Of a DNA stretch of 64,000 nucleotides, positions 11,986 to 23,102 are shown one piece after another. The first letter of the stretch is position 1, and each line of letters opens with the position of its first letter. A model generated the notes under the pieces. That model was not told the DNA's origin and searched no databases. It was given only the letters and a program-made list of their open reading frames with translations. The DNA is taken from NCBI RefSeq assembly GCF_018350175.1, contig NC_058377.1, forward strand, positions 102,920,001 to 102,984,000. Direction: 5' to 3'. The position numbers and the translations under genes were made by a program. The DNA comes from Felis catus. Its lineage: Eukaryota.

Positions 11986-13269
11986 TATCTGCCAAGTGGG
12001 TTGACCTACTCTATAGGACTAGATTTTTGAGGATCCAGGGCATAAAGAGCAGGGACCATGTCTGTCTTATTTGCTAGCATCTGTTGAATTCTGTACATCC
12101 CAGGCACAACACACACTTGATGAGTGGAGTAAATATCTTTGGAAAATCCAAAGACTTATCAGTCTTTGTTCGTTTTTTGTTTTTGTTTTTGTTTTTTTGC
12201 ACAAGTCACTTACATTTTGCAGGGTGGGGTAAAGCAACCGCACAGAGTGCATATTGGGGCCCATTTTTCCAATATTAACTGCCGGGCAAATGTTCCCCTG
12301 ACAGATCAGTTTCTGTGGCAGGAACAGAGGCAAGCGTGTTGTAGAAGGAGCTCCGGATTTGGCATCAAAGCATCCAGGCGGTCACTTCTTAGCTGTATGG
12401 CTTCAGATTAGTTAGGGTTTGTCAGTCTGCTTTCTCAACTGTGAAATAAAACTTATTGAGCATTTACCCTCAGCCAGGTTTTGTGTGTATCACATTTATT
12501 CTCACGACAACTCCGTACATGTGCAGAAACAGAAGGTGCTGGGTGAAGTTCTATAAACGTTAATTAATTTGATTATGGTGATTGTCCCAGGGTCTGCAGC
12601 CCAATGAGCACCAGTGGGCAGAAAGACCCATAGCTGATCTGTGGGCCTTTTCATTTTAGAACTGTCTGGAACAGTGTCTTCTGGGCTGACATTAGCCTTG
12701 GGTCCAGACACCTGCAGACGTGGAGTTCACTAAAATTTTTTTAACTTAACTCTTGAAGTAATATACGCTTAAATACACACTTAAATTAATTCGAGGCACC
12801 AGGCTAAAGGCTTTACATGAATGATTTACTTTAGTCCCAGCAACTTGAGTGGAAAGTAATTCTGGTTGACCTCATTTTGCAAAAGGAAGATATTAGACCC
12901 ACAGAGGTGATATGACTTGTCCAAGTTCTGCAGCAAGAAAGTTGCAGAACAGGGAGCACCTGATCCCAAGCCTCTCTCACTCGAAAAGGTCTGCTCACAA
13001 ATGCCACCCCCCCTGTGTATTTCCCCCTGTCTCCTTCCCAGGCCCCAAGTCTCAGATGCAAATCATTTCAGAAGCATCTGGGTTTTAGTTGCTTCCTCCA
13101 ATAGGCAGTTCATCAGTACGGTGCCTCTAGGCAGTCACCAACCTTGCCTTCGTGTTTTCCTGTTCAATTTCAGTGATTGCCTAAGAATTCAAGGTTCCTT
13201 TCCAAACACCGATCATTGTTTTCTTACCATTTAATAGCATTTAATATATATTTAATTGTTTTGTTCTAT

Positions 13270-13396
13270 CATCTACATCTATTTAATCTATCTACCTATC
13301 TATCTATCCATCTATTATCTAAGTATCTATAATCTATCTACATATCTATTATCTATCCATCCATGTATCATCGATCTATCCATTATCTATCTATTA
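13270..13396. repeat. Degenerate (CTAT)n microsatellite (a second one at ~7343-7410)
   Basis: Direct reading. Confidence 0.9.
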
Positions 13397-13530
13397 TCAT
13401 CTATCAAATATGATCTCTGTTTCTAGGAGTTTGTTTTTTTAGATTCCACATACAAGTGAGATCATACAGTATTTGTCTTTCTCTGTCTGCCTTATTTCCT
13501 TTCCAGTGCAATGTTTAATAGAAGTAATGA

Positions 13531-13752
13531 GGGGCGCCTGCGTGGCTCAGTCGGTTAAGCGTCCGACTTCAGCTCAGGTCACGATCTCGCGGTCCGTGAG
13601 TTCGAGCCCCACGTCGGGCTCTGGGCTGATGGCTCAGAGCCTGGAGCCTGCTTCCGATTCTGTGTCTCCCTCTCTCTCTGCCCCTCCCCTGCTCATGCTC
13701 TGTCTCTCTCTGTCTCAAAAATAAATAAAAACCTTTAAAAAAATAAAAAAAA
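13531..13752 (+). mobile_element. CAN-SINE
   Basis: TSD aatagaagtaatga. Confidence 0.95.
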
Positions 13753-13894
13753 AATAGAAGTAATGACAGTGTACGTTCCTGTCCTGTTCTTGATCAGAAG
13801 AAACTTATTCTTTCATCAGTCACTGTGTGGGTTTTTCATAGATGTCCTTTATTAGCTTATGGGAGTTCCCTTTGATTCCTAGTTTGTTGAGAGG

Positions 13895-14121
13895 TTTTTT
13901 TTTTTTTAATTTTTAAGTTAAAAAATTTTTTTAAATGTTTATTTACTTTTGAGGGGGCGCAAGCCAGGGAGGGGTGGAGAGAGGGGACAGTGGATCTGAA
14001 GCAGGCTCTGCGCTGACAGACTGACAGCAGCAAGCCCGATGTGGAGCTCGAACTTCCGAACCGAGAGATCGTGACCTGAGCCAAAGTCAGATGCTCAACC
14101 AACTGAGCCACCCAGGTGCCC
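13895..14121 (-). mobile_element. CAN-SINE
   Basis: Full structure. Confidence 0.93.
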
Positions 14122-14759
14122 TAAGAGTTTTTTTGTTTTGTTTCATTTTTTGTTTGTTTTTTTTAAATCAGGAATGGATTTTGGATTTTGTGAGAAGATT
14201 TTTCTGTATCCACTAGGATGATCATATAGTTTTATTTTGTGCTTATTAATATGGTGGATTACATTGATTGCTTTTGGACTGTTAGATAATTCTTGTATCT
14301 TTCGGATAAACGGTTCTCGATTACAGTAAAGTACTGCTTGTATTATCAAAAAAAGTAGAAGATGCTCCTCAGTATTCTTGCTTGGTTACAAAGATCACAG
14401 ATGGTATTGCCTAAAGCCATATGCCAGTTTTAAAAGGAGACTGTAGTTCTGAGTCATCTAAATACCTCTATTAAAAGGAGAATAGAGAGTAGCATAAGAA
14501 ATGGAAGGAAAATGGGAGCAAAGAAGAAATTTGAGATGTTTTCATCTTCTGGGAAACATGTTCTGCAGGAGACAGTTTCCATGTGGGCTGAACTCTGAGG
14601 ACACGGGACCGGTGAAGAGGTCGCTGGGGATGACGTCTGCCTGGGTTGACATGAGCAGATCACAAGGGAAGATCAAAGGGTTGACAGCTGGCCTCCTGTG
14701 GTATTTGAAACAGTCGATCCCTCTTTTCTCCTGGAAGAATTTTCACTCTCTTCCTCAGG

Positions 14760-15680
14760 AGTCCTGACACTACTTTATTCCGGTTTCCTACCTCCCTGGT
14801 TCTTACTCCTCTGACTTCTTTGCTGGGTCCTTATTTCTAAATGTTAGAGTTCACACAGGGTTTGGTCATAGGTCTTTCTCTCTTTCTGTAGTTACCCCTT
14901 AGGCAATTTCATCCAGTTCCAAGGATTTAGTTCTTACTTAGAGTATTTATTTATACTTATTTTTTTTTTTAATTTGAGACAGACAGAGAGGGTGAGCGGG
15001 GGAAAGGGGCAGAAAGAGAGGGAGAGAGAATCCCAAGCAATCTCCAAGCCCGGTGTGGAGCCGATGTGGGGCTCGATCCCACAACCCTGGAATCATGACC
15101 TGATCCAAAATCAAGAGCTGGGTGCTCAACTGACTGAGCCACCCAGGCACTGCTTCCTTAGAGTATTTAAATAAAATTCAACGTCTTCACCATGGCCGGA
15201 CAGATTTAGCCAGGTTGCGTCCCAAACTACCACCATGACTATATTTACTTCTCATCTCCTTCTCCCCCGTCCACCCTGTTCTGTGAGGGCCCCACCCTGC
15301 TCTTGCAGCAATATCCTTCCACTTGCTCTCCCTTTTCTTAGAATGTGTTTACTCAGAACTTCTCATGGCTCACTCTCTTATTTTATTCAGTTCTCTACTC
15401 AAATACCCAAGAAAGGCTTTCCCCAACTCCTGCACCTCTCCATCCCAAATAGCCATCCCATGCTGGGTCGTTGTCTATTCTCTGCTCCTAGTGCACTTTT
15501 TATCCCAGGCCTTCTTGCTAGCTCATATTACAGCCATCATTTATTTATTCACACCTTCATTGTCTGTCTCCCTCTCTATGAAGGAAAAGCCAGACAAGCA
15601 ACGGTGCTATCTCCTCTTCTTTTTGCTCTCACTAGGTATTTAAAAAAATATATTTGTTTAGTAAATAAAATAATGCACCT
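14760..15680 (+). mobile_element. L2 remnant with an inserted SINE
   Basis: Pyrimidine-rich sequence with an L2 3'-end-like tgtctgtctccctctctatgaagg..gcactaggtattt..aaatatatttgt. Confidence 0.65.
14950..15150 (-). mobile_element. CAN-SINE
   Basis: TSD cttagagtattta. Confidence 0.93.
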
Positions 15681-16744
15681 TTGCTGGCATGTTTTGCATT
15701 GGGTTTTATAAGCCATGTTTAGCCAATGTATGATTTTTTTTTTTCCAGTTTGTTTTTCTAGGCATTTCCCTTGCATTTGTGTTACTCACACTTAGGTGAT
15801 AGGGAATTCTGCTAATTTATTCATCAGGCCACAAGTTGGTTTTCCTCAGGTATGGCTAACACAAAAGCACTAAAATACATTAACATTCACTTGACAGTGC
15901 TTTGCACAAAATCTTTATGTATTCTAAATCTAACGACATCAGTTACTGACTAAATATTGTCTTTTCTTATCCGGTCTTACAAATCTCTTAACATTTTTTT
16001 CGTGTCAATTTCTCGCTTTGGTCTGCGAGGGCACCAAAGGCATGGGCTGTGAATTATTCATCCCTTTAGTCCCAGGGTCAGAGTCAGAGCCTGGTAAATT
16101 GATGGCTTATTGATGGCTTGCCATAGATGTTTGTTGAAATGACAGGTACAAGGATCCTTTAAGGGAATTCAAGCATCTGGGTCCAGATGTATGCCTCTCC
16201 TCCATGAAAACCTGTCAAGGTTTTTATAAAAGTTTGCGGTTCTCTATTTCCTGAATCGATTGTCTTTTGTGTCTTAAACTAAATCCTAATTCACTTTGTC
16301 GGGTAAACTCCCAACTTGCATCCAAGTCCATCCCTAGCCAAATCAGCTTCCCCATTACTCACTGAGGATGAAGCACCTTAGAAAGGATCCAGGCTCCTGG
16401 GGAGCGTCCGAGCTGGAGGTAACGGAGGACTGGCCCACATGGATGACCACCAATTCAAACCAAATCGCCTGGGTCTAAACCTGCTGGTTCTTATCCTATC
16501 ACATATAGGCTGGATGAAACCAGAATAAAGAGATAAAATCACAGATCTGCCCAATCGATGTTTAACAGAACATTCTGGAACAGAAGATTCTGGAACCAGG
16601 TTAAGCATGGTGGTGTAATAGGACAAGACATTTTATCTTAAAATAAAAAAGTATTTTTCTTCCTAAAGCAATAGTCACTGCAAAATGATAAAGCAATAAG
16701 AGAGTATTATATAAATCCCTCCATTTTATGAAACAAAATCACTA

Positions 16745-17262
16745 TTTTGGTTACAGAGTGTTGTATAACAAACCACCCCAAAATATAGGGACTTAAAACA
16801 AGGACCGTCATTTTATTGTTGTCTCTCGCAGTTCTAGGAGTTGAGGGGACACGATGGGCAGTTTTCACTTGGGGTCTCATGTGCCGACAGCCCGAGCTGA
16901 CACTGGATCAGCTGAATGTTCACTCACTCACTTTCTGCAGACTCCGAGATTCGAAGGCTGGAAAAGCTGGAGGTCTTTGGGCATCTGCCTCTGATTCTCT
17001 GTGGCTTCGCCACATGGACTCTCCGGCATGGTGGCTTCAGAGCAGAGGGACTTCTTACGGGGAAATTCAGGGCTCCAGAGGTACACATCTGGAGAAAGTG
17101 CCAGGTGGAGGCCGTACTGGCTTTTCTAAGAGTCTTGGAAATCGTGCAGCACCACTTGTGGGACACTCTATTAATCAGAGCAGCCCTAAAGCCCTCCAGG
17201 TTCAAGGAGAGGGACACTGACTCCATCTCTTGATGAAGAAGTGGCAAACTTCTTCAAGAGCG
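16745..17262 (-). mobile_element. MaLR solo LTR (MLT1F/H-like)
   Basis: gtataacaaaccacccaaaa..cttaaaacaa..cagttctagg start and gactccatctcttgatg near the end, typical of a reverse MLT1. Confidence 0.75.
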
Positions 17263-18861
17263 TGTGAGATGGAAATATTGTCGTGGCTGGCTGTTTTTGG
17301 AAAACACGATCTGAGACAACCACTCTCAATATTTTGCTGACTCTCTTCCTAGGCATCTCTTTGTGCACATGCCGTTGTACATAAATGGGCGTAATGATAA
17401 TGCTGTCGTAAAACCTTCTTTGCGTATATCAGACCAATTGTTATGTTACAGAAAAAAGAAACTGAGGTTGGTAACATGGTTTGTCACAAGTGAGTTCATT
17501 GCAGAGCCCAAGTCTCTTGATTATAAATCTAGGACTCTCTACTTGTCCCGGTAGAATAGTGAAAGCAGGGTTCTATGGTTCATGTTGGAGTTGTGGGTGG
17601 AACAGGGTGGACTTTGAGGTATTTGAGGAACAAGGACTTGGAGGCCAGTTTGGTAAGTCATATAAAAGCAAGTGGATTTTAAATTTACAATGCAAAAATC
17701 AAATGAAGCATAAAAGTTTGAGAGACATCAGAGAGAAAGGCGGGTGGCTGATTACGTATCTCCTCTTATGGAGATTGGGCTTTTATGAGTTCAGAGAAGA
17801 CGAGAAGTCTTAGATTGGGCACTGAATAAACTTTGTTTGGCCTGGAAGGTAGATTGGGGTTGGGAGCCTGGGACAGTTCCCAAAACAAGGAATTTTTTTA
17901 ATAGTGTCTACGATATACGAGGATCTATGGTTGTTGTCTCGCATACATGTCCATTTACTCACAAACAGCTTTGGGATGTTCGGATGATTACTCCAGTTTG
18001 ACAGACGAAAAAAGCAAGTTTCAATGCTTAAATAATTTCTATGGATCACGCAGGTGAATCTCAACTTCCTGAAAAGCCAGGATTTAGAACCAACTCTCTT
18101 CACGCTACAGTGCAGTTGTTAGAGGAATCAGATTAAATAGCGAATAAAAGTTTGCTCCAGAGCTGCAAATATTTTTTAAAAAGGATTTGGACACAGAAAA
18201 AGAACATGTTCTTCTGGGGAGCTACTTAAGGCAGATGTCTGAAAGACATTTCCATCAACCAGTGGGCACCCAGGTTTGCACAAATCCCAGAGCTGGAGTG
18301 GAACTCAGAGTTTATGGGGTTCAGTGATTCTTTAGCACAAGGGTCACCTGAGGGGTGTTTCCAGGCTACGAGTGCCTGATTCCTTCACTGAGTCTTGGTT
18401 AGTAGATACAGGTGGGATTTGGGAGAAAAGCAGTAAAACCTAGTTTGTAGCCTTTCTCAGCCTCAAGGAAGTCCGAGATTTGACCCTTGGTCTAATCCCT
18501 CTTGCAATGAAGTCCAGAATTTTCTAGGTGGATCCTGGATCCAAGATGCAAGACAGCCCTGCCAAAGTGGCTCTGAAGCTTCTTGGCCACTTTTATCTGT
18601 TTGTTAAAATTGGTTATGGAGGAATTTGTAATTGATGAGCAGCTTGTATTTGCATAGATGCAGCTGTACCTGAAAAGGGGTGCTAGTCACATATCTCTAC
18701 GGGGATCATCAAGAGGCAAGGCATAATGGCTAAGGAACCCCGGAGCTGAAGCCTTCCTGAACTGAGGTCGTCCACACCCAACGAGTGCTCTCTCTCATGA
18801 CCATGCACATTCCAAGTATGGAATGACTGGGATATTTAGAAGGTGTGCCTTCTAAATGAGA

Positions 18862-18940
18862 CCTCTACCCTCCTCCCTCACTCGTGCTCTCTCTCTCTCT
18901 GTCTCTCAAAAATTAATAAATGTTAAAAAATTTTTTTTTA
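18862..18940 (+). mobile_element. 5'-truncated CAN-SINE tail
   Basis: (CT)n and A tail only. TSD aaatgag(a/g)cct. Confidence 0.8.
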
Positions 18941-19036
18941 AATGAGGCCTGTATGATGCCATCGTGTGTGAGTTTTGTGGCTGTCCCGTATCCTTAAAGT
19001 TTTCTTAAAGCTTGATTCTTGGTGTATTTTGTGAGC

Positions 19037-19042
19037 TTTATT
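19037..19042 (-). terminator. First canonical AATAAA downstream of the OR1S stop codon
   Basis: Plus-strand tttatt at 19037-19042. A scan of 19043-20045 found no tttatt or tttaat, only variant hexamers (TATAAA, AGTAAA). Confidence 0.45.
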
Positions 19043-19090
19043 GCCAAGCTGAACCCAAGACCATTGCAGCTGGTTGAGGAGAGAAGTCAC

Positions 19091-19271
19091 CTCAAACTGT
19101 CCTGCTCAGACACAAGGATCAATGAACTCGTATTATTTATCGCGGTCTTATCGGTTGTCACCTTCCCCTTTGACCTCATTCTCTTCTCGTACATCTTCAT
19201 TGTCAGGGCTGTCCTGAGAATCTCACCCACAGAGGGAAAGTGGAAAGCCTTCTCCACCTGTGGCTCTCACC
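19091..19271 (+). pseudogene. 181-bp inverted partial copy of the OR1S CDS (ECL2-TM5-start of TM6)
   Basis: Reverse complement of 20282-20462 with 6 substitutions and no indels. Translates LKLSCSDTRINEL...KAFSTCGSH. Has no 5' or 3' OR sequence. Confidence 0.95.
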
Positions 19272-20045
19272 AACTAGAACTAATAACCTTGTTTTATAGA
19301 CGAGAATGTAGACTCAAGAAAGTGAATTGACATGCCTTAAGTCTCATAACTACTTTGGGGCAGAGTCAGGACTAGAACTGATGTCTTTTATAGAAATGCT
19401 CTCTGATTTGTCATTGAATGCATTTGTCCAATTATGTTTTGCACACTAGTCCCACGAACTACTTGGTGATGAGTCAGGTCATATCCGACTGAATAAGCTC
19501 ATATATGATTGAATACGTTTGAGAATTGCTGCGTACCATACTGCCTTCTTGGAGATTTATGCTATACCAAAGGCTCTAAGAAGTTGTCTAGTGAAGACGT
19601 TTACTTCACGCAGCTCAGAGTTGCCTCACATTATTTGGATGTGGGACCCTTCTATGAACATCTCACCGAATAGTAGTTTTGGCAAAACAGACTTTGAGTA
19701 AAGCTGACCTAGAGAAATCAAGATTGAATAAAGGAATTAGTAATAATTGTCTTCAAATAAACAAACAAATAAATAAATAAATAAATAAATAAAATAACTG
19801 TCTGCAAAGCTGTAAAAGGTACTACATGCACTTGTTATTGTCTAAGTTATAAATGATTTGTGCCCAAGTTTGCAGTAACATACATGAGAATCAGAATAAT
19901 GCGCTTTCCTTGTGACTTACCAACGGGGTTAAGGTCTCGTTTCCAAGACCAGAGCTATGTGGGAAAGCCCCAGCCCCTCAGAGGCGGATCTAAAACTGAA
20001 CCATCACATCTATGCCATAAACTCTGGGCAGAATCATCCATCTGG

Positions 20046-21014
20046 TTATGGGGATAAATCAGATGCCCACGGCATCAAAGGGAGGAAGATTTTCCTACTG
20101 AGGAGCTTTCTTAGGGCACCTTTCATGTCCTTGTTCCTCAGGCTATAGATGAAGGGGTTCATCATGGGCGTCACCACAGTGAATAGCACTGCACCAATCT
20201 TATCTCCGCCATCAGGGTGAGTGGTTGAGGGGAAGAAGTAAACCCCTACAATGGTCCCATAGAAGAGCAATACAACTGTCAGGTGAGAGCCACAGGTGGA
20301 GAAGGCTTTCCACTTTCCCTCTGTGGATGAGATTCTCAGGACAGCCCTGACAATGCAGATGTAGGAGAAGAGAATGAGGGCAAAGGGGAAGGTGACAACC
20401 GATAAGCCCGCGATAAATAATACGAGTTCATTGATCCTTGTGTCTGAGCAGGACAGCTTGAGCAGAGGCGCCAAGTCACAGAAGAAGTGTGGGAGAGTGT
20501 TGCTGTCACAGAAAAGCAACGGAAGGAGTAGAAGAGTGTGTATTAGGGCAACAGCATTACTGAGGACCCACGGAATGACCGCGAGCGAAATGCAGAGCCT
20601 GGGTTGCATGATGGTCATGTAGTTCAGAGGGTGGCAGATAGCCACAAAGCGGTCATAGGCCATGACGCCCAAGAGGAAATTGTCAATAACGACAAACACA
20701 ATAGAAAAGTACATTTGCGTGATGCAGTTCTCATAGGAGATGGATTGAGTCTTGGTCTGAATATTCATTAGCATCTTGGGGACTGAGGTGGATACGGAGG
20801 AAATATCAGCAAAGGATAGATTGGCAAGGAAGAAATACATGGGAGTGTGAAGGTAAGAATCCAAGCCGATGGCCAGGATGATGAGTCCATTCCCAACTAC
20901 AGTGACCAGGTACATACCCAGGAAAAGCACAAAGAGGACCTTCTGCTGCTCAGCCTGGTTGGAGAGTCCCAGAAGGAGGAACCCAGAGACGGTGGTTCGA
21001 TTTCCTTGATGCAT
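20046..21014 (-). CDS. OR1S1: Olfactory receptor 1S (co-orthologue of human OR1S1/OR1S2), 322 aa from MHQGNRT
   Basis: OR motifs LHTPMYFFL, MAYDRFVAIC, KAFSTCGSH, PMMNPFIYSLRNKDMK. The ORF track starts at a non-ATG codon (21083). The real ATG is 21014, preceded by a polypyrimidine acceptor (ttgtgttcctttctccAG) and followed by N-glycosylation site NRT. Confidence 0.93.
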   Translation of the reverse strand: MHQGNRTTVSGFLLLGLSNQAEQQKVLFVLFLGMYLVTVVGNGLIILAIGLDSYLHTPMYFFLANLSFADISSVSTSVPKMLMNIQTKTQSISYENCITQMYFSIVFVVIDNFLLGVMAYDRFVAICHPLNYMTIMQPRLCISLAVIPWVLSNAVALIHTLLLLPLLFCDSNTLPHFFCDLAPLLKLSCSDTRINELVLFIAGLSVVTFPFALILFSYICIVRAVLRISSTEGKWKAFSTCGSHLTVVLLFYGTIVGVYFFPSTTHPDGGDKIGAVLFTVVTPMMNPFIYSLRNKDMKGALRKLLSRKIFLPLMPWASDLSP

Positions 21015-21680
21015 ATTTCTGCTGATCTGGAGAAAGGAACACAAGGTCTTCACAGACCCAAAGAAAAGCCAGTGTGGTAACATTTGGTTGCAGCCGCTGG
21101 AGGGAGGTGGAGAAGAATTACTTAATAAGGAACTACGTCAGCGGTTCAGAGACTCAGGAAATGCCTTCGAAAGGAAAGTCAGAGCCACCACGATAGACAT
21201 TTCTCAATGAACACGTTTGAAACTCGAACACCACTCTGACAGTGATGGTTAGAGTGGGTTCCAAATGCAGTGAAAAGCCTGAAACTAAGGACAATGGGTG
21301 AGGTGTACTCCATATTCTAAAGATGCTGGATAGCCCTGAAGGAATTACTTAAAAATGAAGAAAATGGCCCTGACACCTTTCCTAGCGTTCGCTTTCATTT
21401 TGAAATTGAAGAAGACAGAACTGGGAAGAGTCCCTGAGGGAAGAGATTGGGAAGGAGAACCAAGCGAGCTTACTGAAATATACTGCAGTGTGGGTGCTCC
21501 TGCCCACTCACGTTAGGGGGAGGATGCAGAAAAGCTACTCTTGGGGAACGTGTACAAGAAGGGAGACCAGAAGTTCACTTCATTCGTGGATGGATGTTAG
21601 GTGAACGGAGAAAATTTAGGGGACTTGTAAGAACCTGAAGACTTGTGTTTGTGGGCCACTTCTAAAGATGGGAGGCTCCC

Positions 21681-21966
21681 CATACAGAGAAAGGCAGATA
21701 CCATATGTTTTCACTCTTATGTGGATCCTGAGAAACTTAACAGAAACCCATGGGGGAGGGAAAGGGGAAAAAAAAAGAGGTTAGAGTGGGAGAGAGAGAC
21801 AAAGCATAAGAGACTCTTAAAAACTGAGAACAAACTGAGGGTTGATGGGGGGGTGGGAGGGTGGGGAGGGTGGGTGATGGGTATCGAAGAAGGCATCTTT
21901 TGGGATGAGCACTGGGTGTTGTATGGAAACCAATTTGACAATAAATTTCATATATTAAAAATAAAT
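21681..21966 (+). mobile_element. Young 5'-truncated L1 (L1_Fc-type 3' UTR)
   Basis: Perfect 17-bp TSD aaagatgggaggctccc at 21664-21680 and 21967-21983, a G-rich tract and an A-rich tail. Confidence 0.92.
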
Positions 21967-22916
21967 AAAGATGGGAGGCTCCCTGGATTAGCCACCTGTG
22001 GCTGGGGGAGGGGAGAAAGCATGGTGGGAGGCAATTCTGCACCCTCACCATGGCATAGCATGAGTAGGTGAGTTTCCTATCTAGAGGCCAAGTGAGTGCT
22101 CCTGGATCTTGTTGGACTCAGACCACTGTGTTGGGACTCCACCCAAAAGATCTTGCTGGGGCAGAGGAGGCCGTAGCAGTGAGGTCATGGATGGGCTGTC
22201 TTACAAAAGAGGGATCATAAAAAGATCAGGTAGAAAATGCATTGCCCTTGATGCAAGCAGTCCCAGAAAGGAGGCCTCTGAAGAACCCCAACCGGTCTCA
22301 TGACAGAGCACGCCTGCCACGCGAAACTCACCGACTGTTCGTATTCCACGGCAGCAGACTTGAGGACTTTGGTCCTCTTATCCCCTCCCTTTCTTCTTCC
22401 TTCCCACTGCATATCCCCAAGCTGCCTGAGCTCATGGGGGAGGACGAGTACTTTGAAGGGTGTGAAGTTAAAGTGTTGAATTGGTCCAGGCTTTTGCAAA
22501 CCTAGAAGTGGTCTTGAGTCCCAAAGTAGAAGTTACTTTTAAAACTAACAGTGACTGAAAAGCAAGAGGCACCACCCAAGGTGCGGCCCAGAGTCAGGGA
22601 AGGGAGACTGAACCAAGTCTGGGTTTCCTTGCAGCTGACTGGGAAGAACACTGGGCCGAGGGCTGAGGTATATGGTTCCTCCCAGTCTTTCTACTCTGCT
22701 TGCATTGCCTCCTCTTACTCTTTCTCTCCCTTCACTCATCTCTCAAAGATTCGAGATAATCGTGTCCCCAAATAACTTTTCTTTCCATGAAGAGGCCACA
22801 CCCCGGGAATCTTCCCCCTCTGGGATTCTGGCAAACTGAAGGGCAGTGGAGACTGAGCAGTAGATCTGAGGTCTCCTTGCTCATGAGAAGGCTGGCTTAC
22901 AAGTCAGAGGGGAGAA

Positions 22917-23102
22917 GGGGTGACTGGGTGGCTCAGTTGGTTGAGCATCCGACTCTTGATTTTGGCTCAGATCATGACCTCGTGGCCCCACCTCAGACTC
23001 TGTGCTGACAGTGCTTGGGATTCTCCTTTTTCCCCTCTCTCTCGGCCCCTCCCCCACTCTCTCTCTCTCAAAATAAATAAATAAACTTAAATATATATAT
23101 AA
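22917..23102 (+). mobile_element. CAN-SINE (shortened)
   Basis: TSD acaa(g/a)tcagagggg. Confidence 0.92.

Larger units (their letters stand above)
13397..14330 (-). mobile_element. L1M fragments (3' UTR and ORF2) interrupted by two SINEs
   Basis: tagattccacatacaagtgagatcatacagtatttgtctttctctgtctg and ggtggattacattgattg are reverse-strand L1 hallmarks. Confidence 0.7.

Noticed and set aside
16560-16640. VLSYYTTMLNLVP resembling OR TM7
   Set aside because: A single short match with no neighbouring OR motifs.
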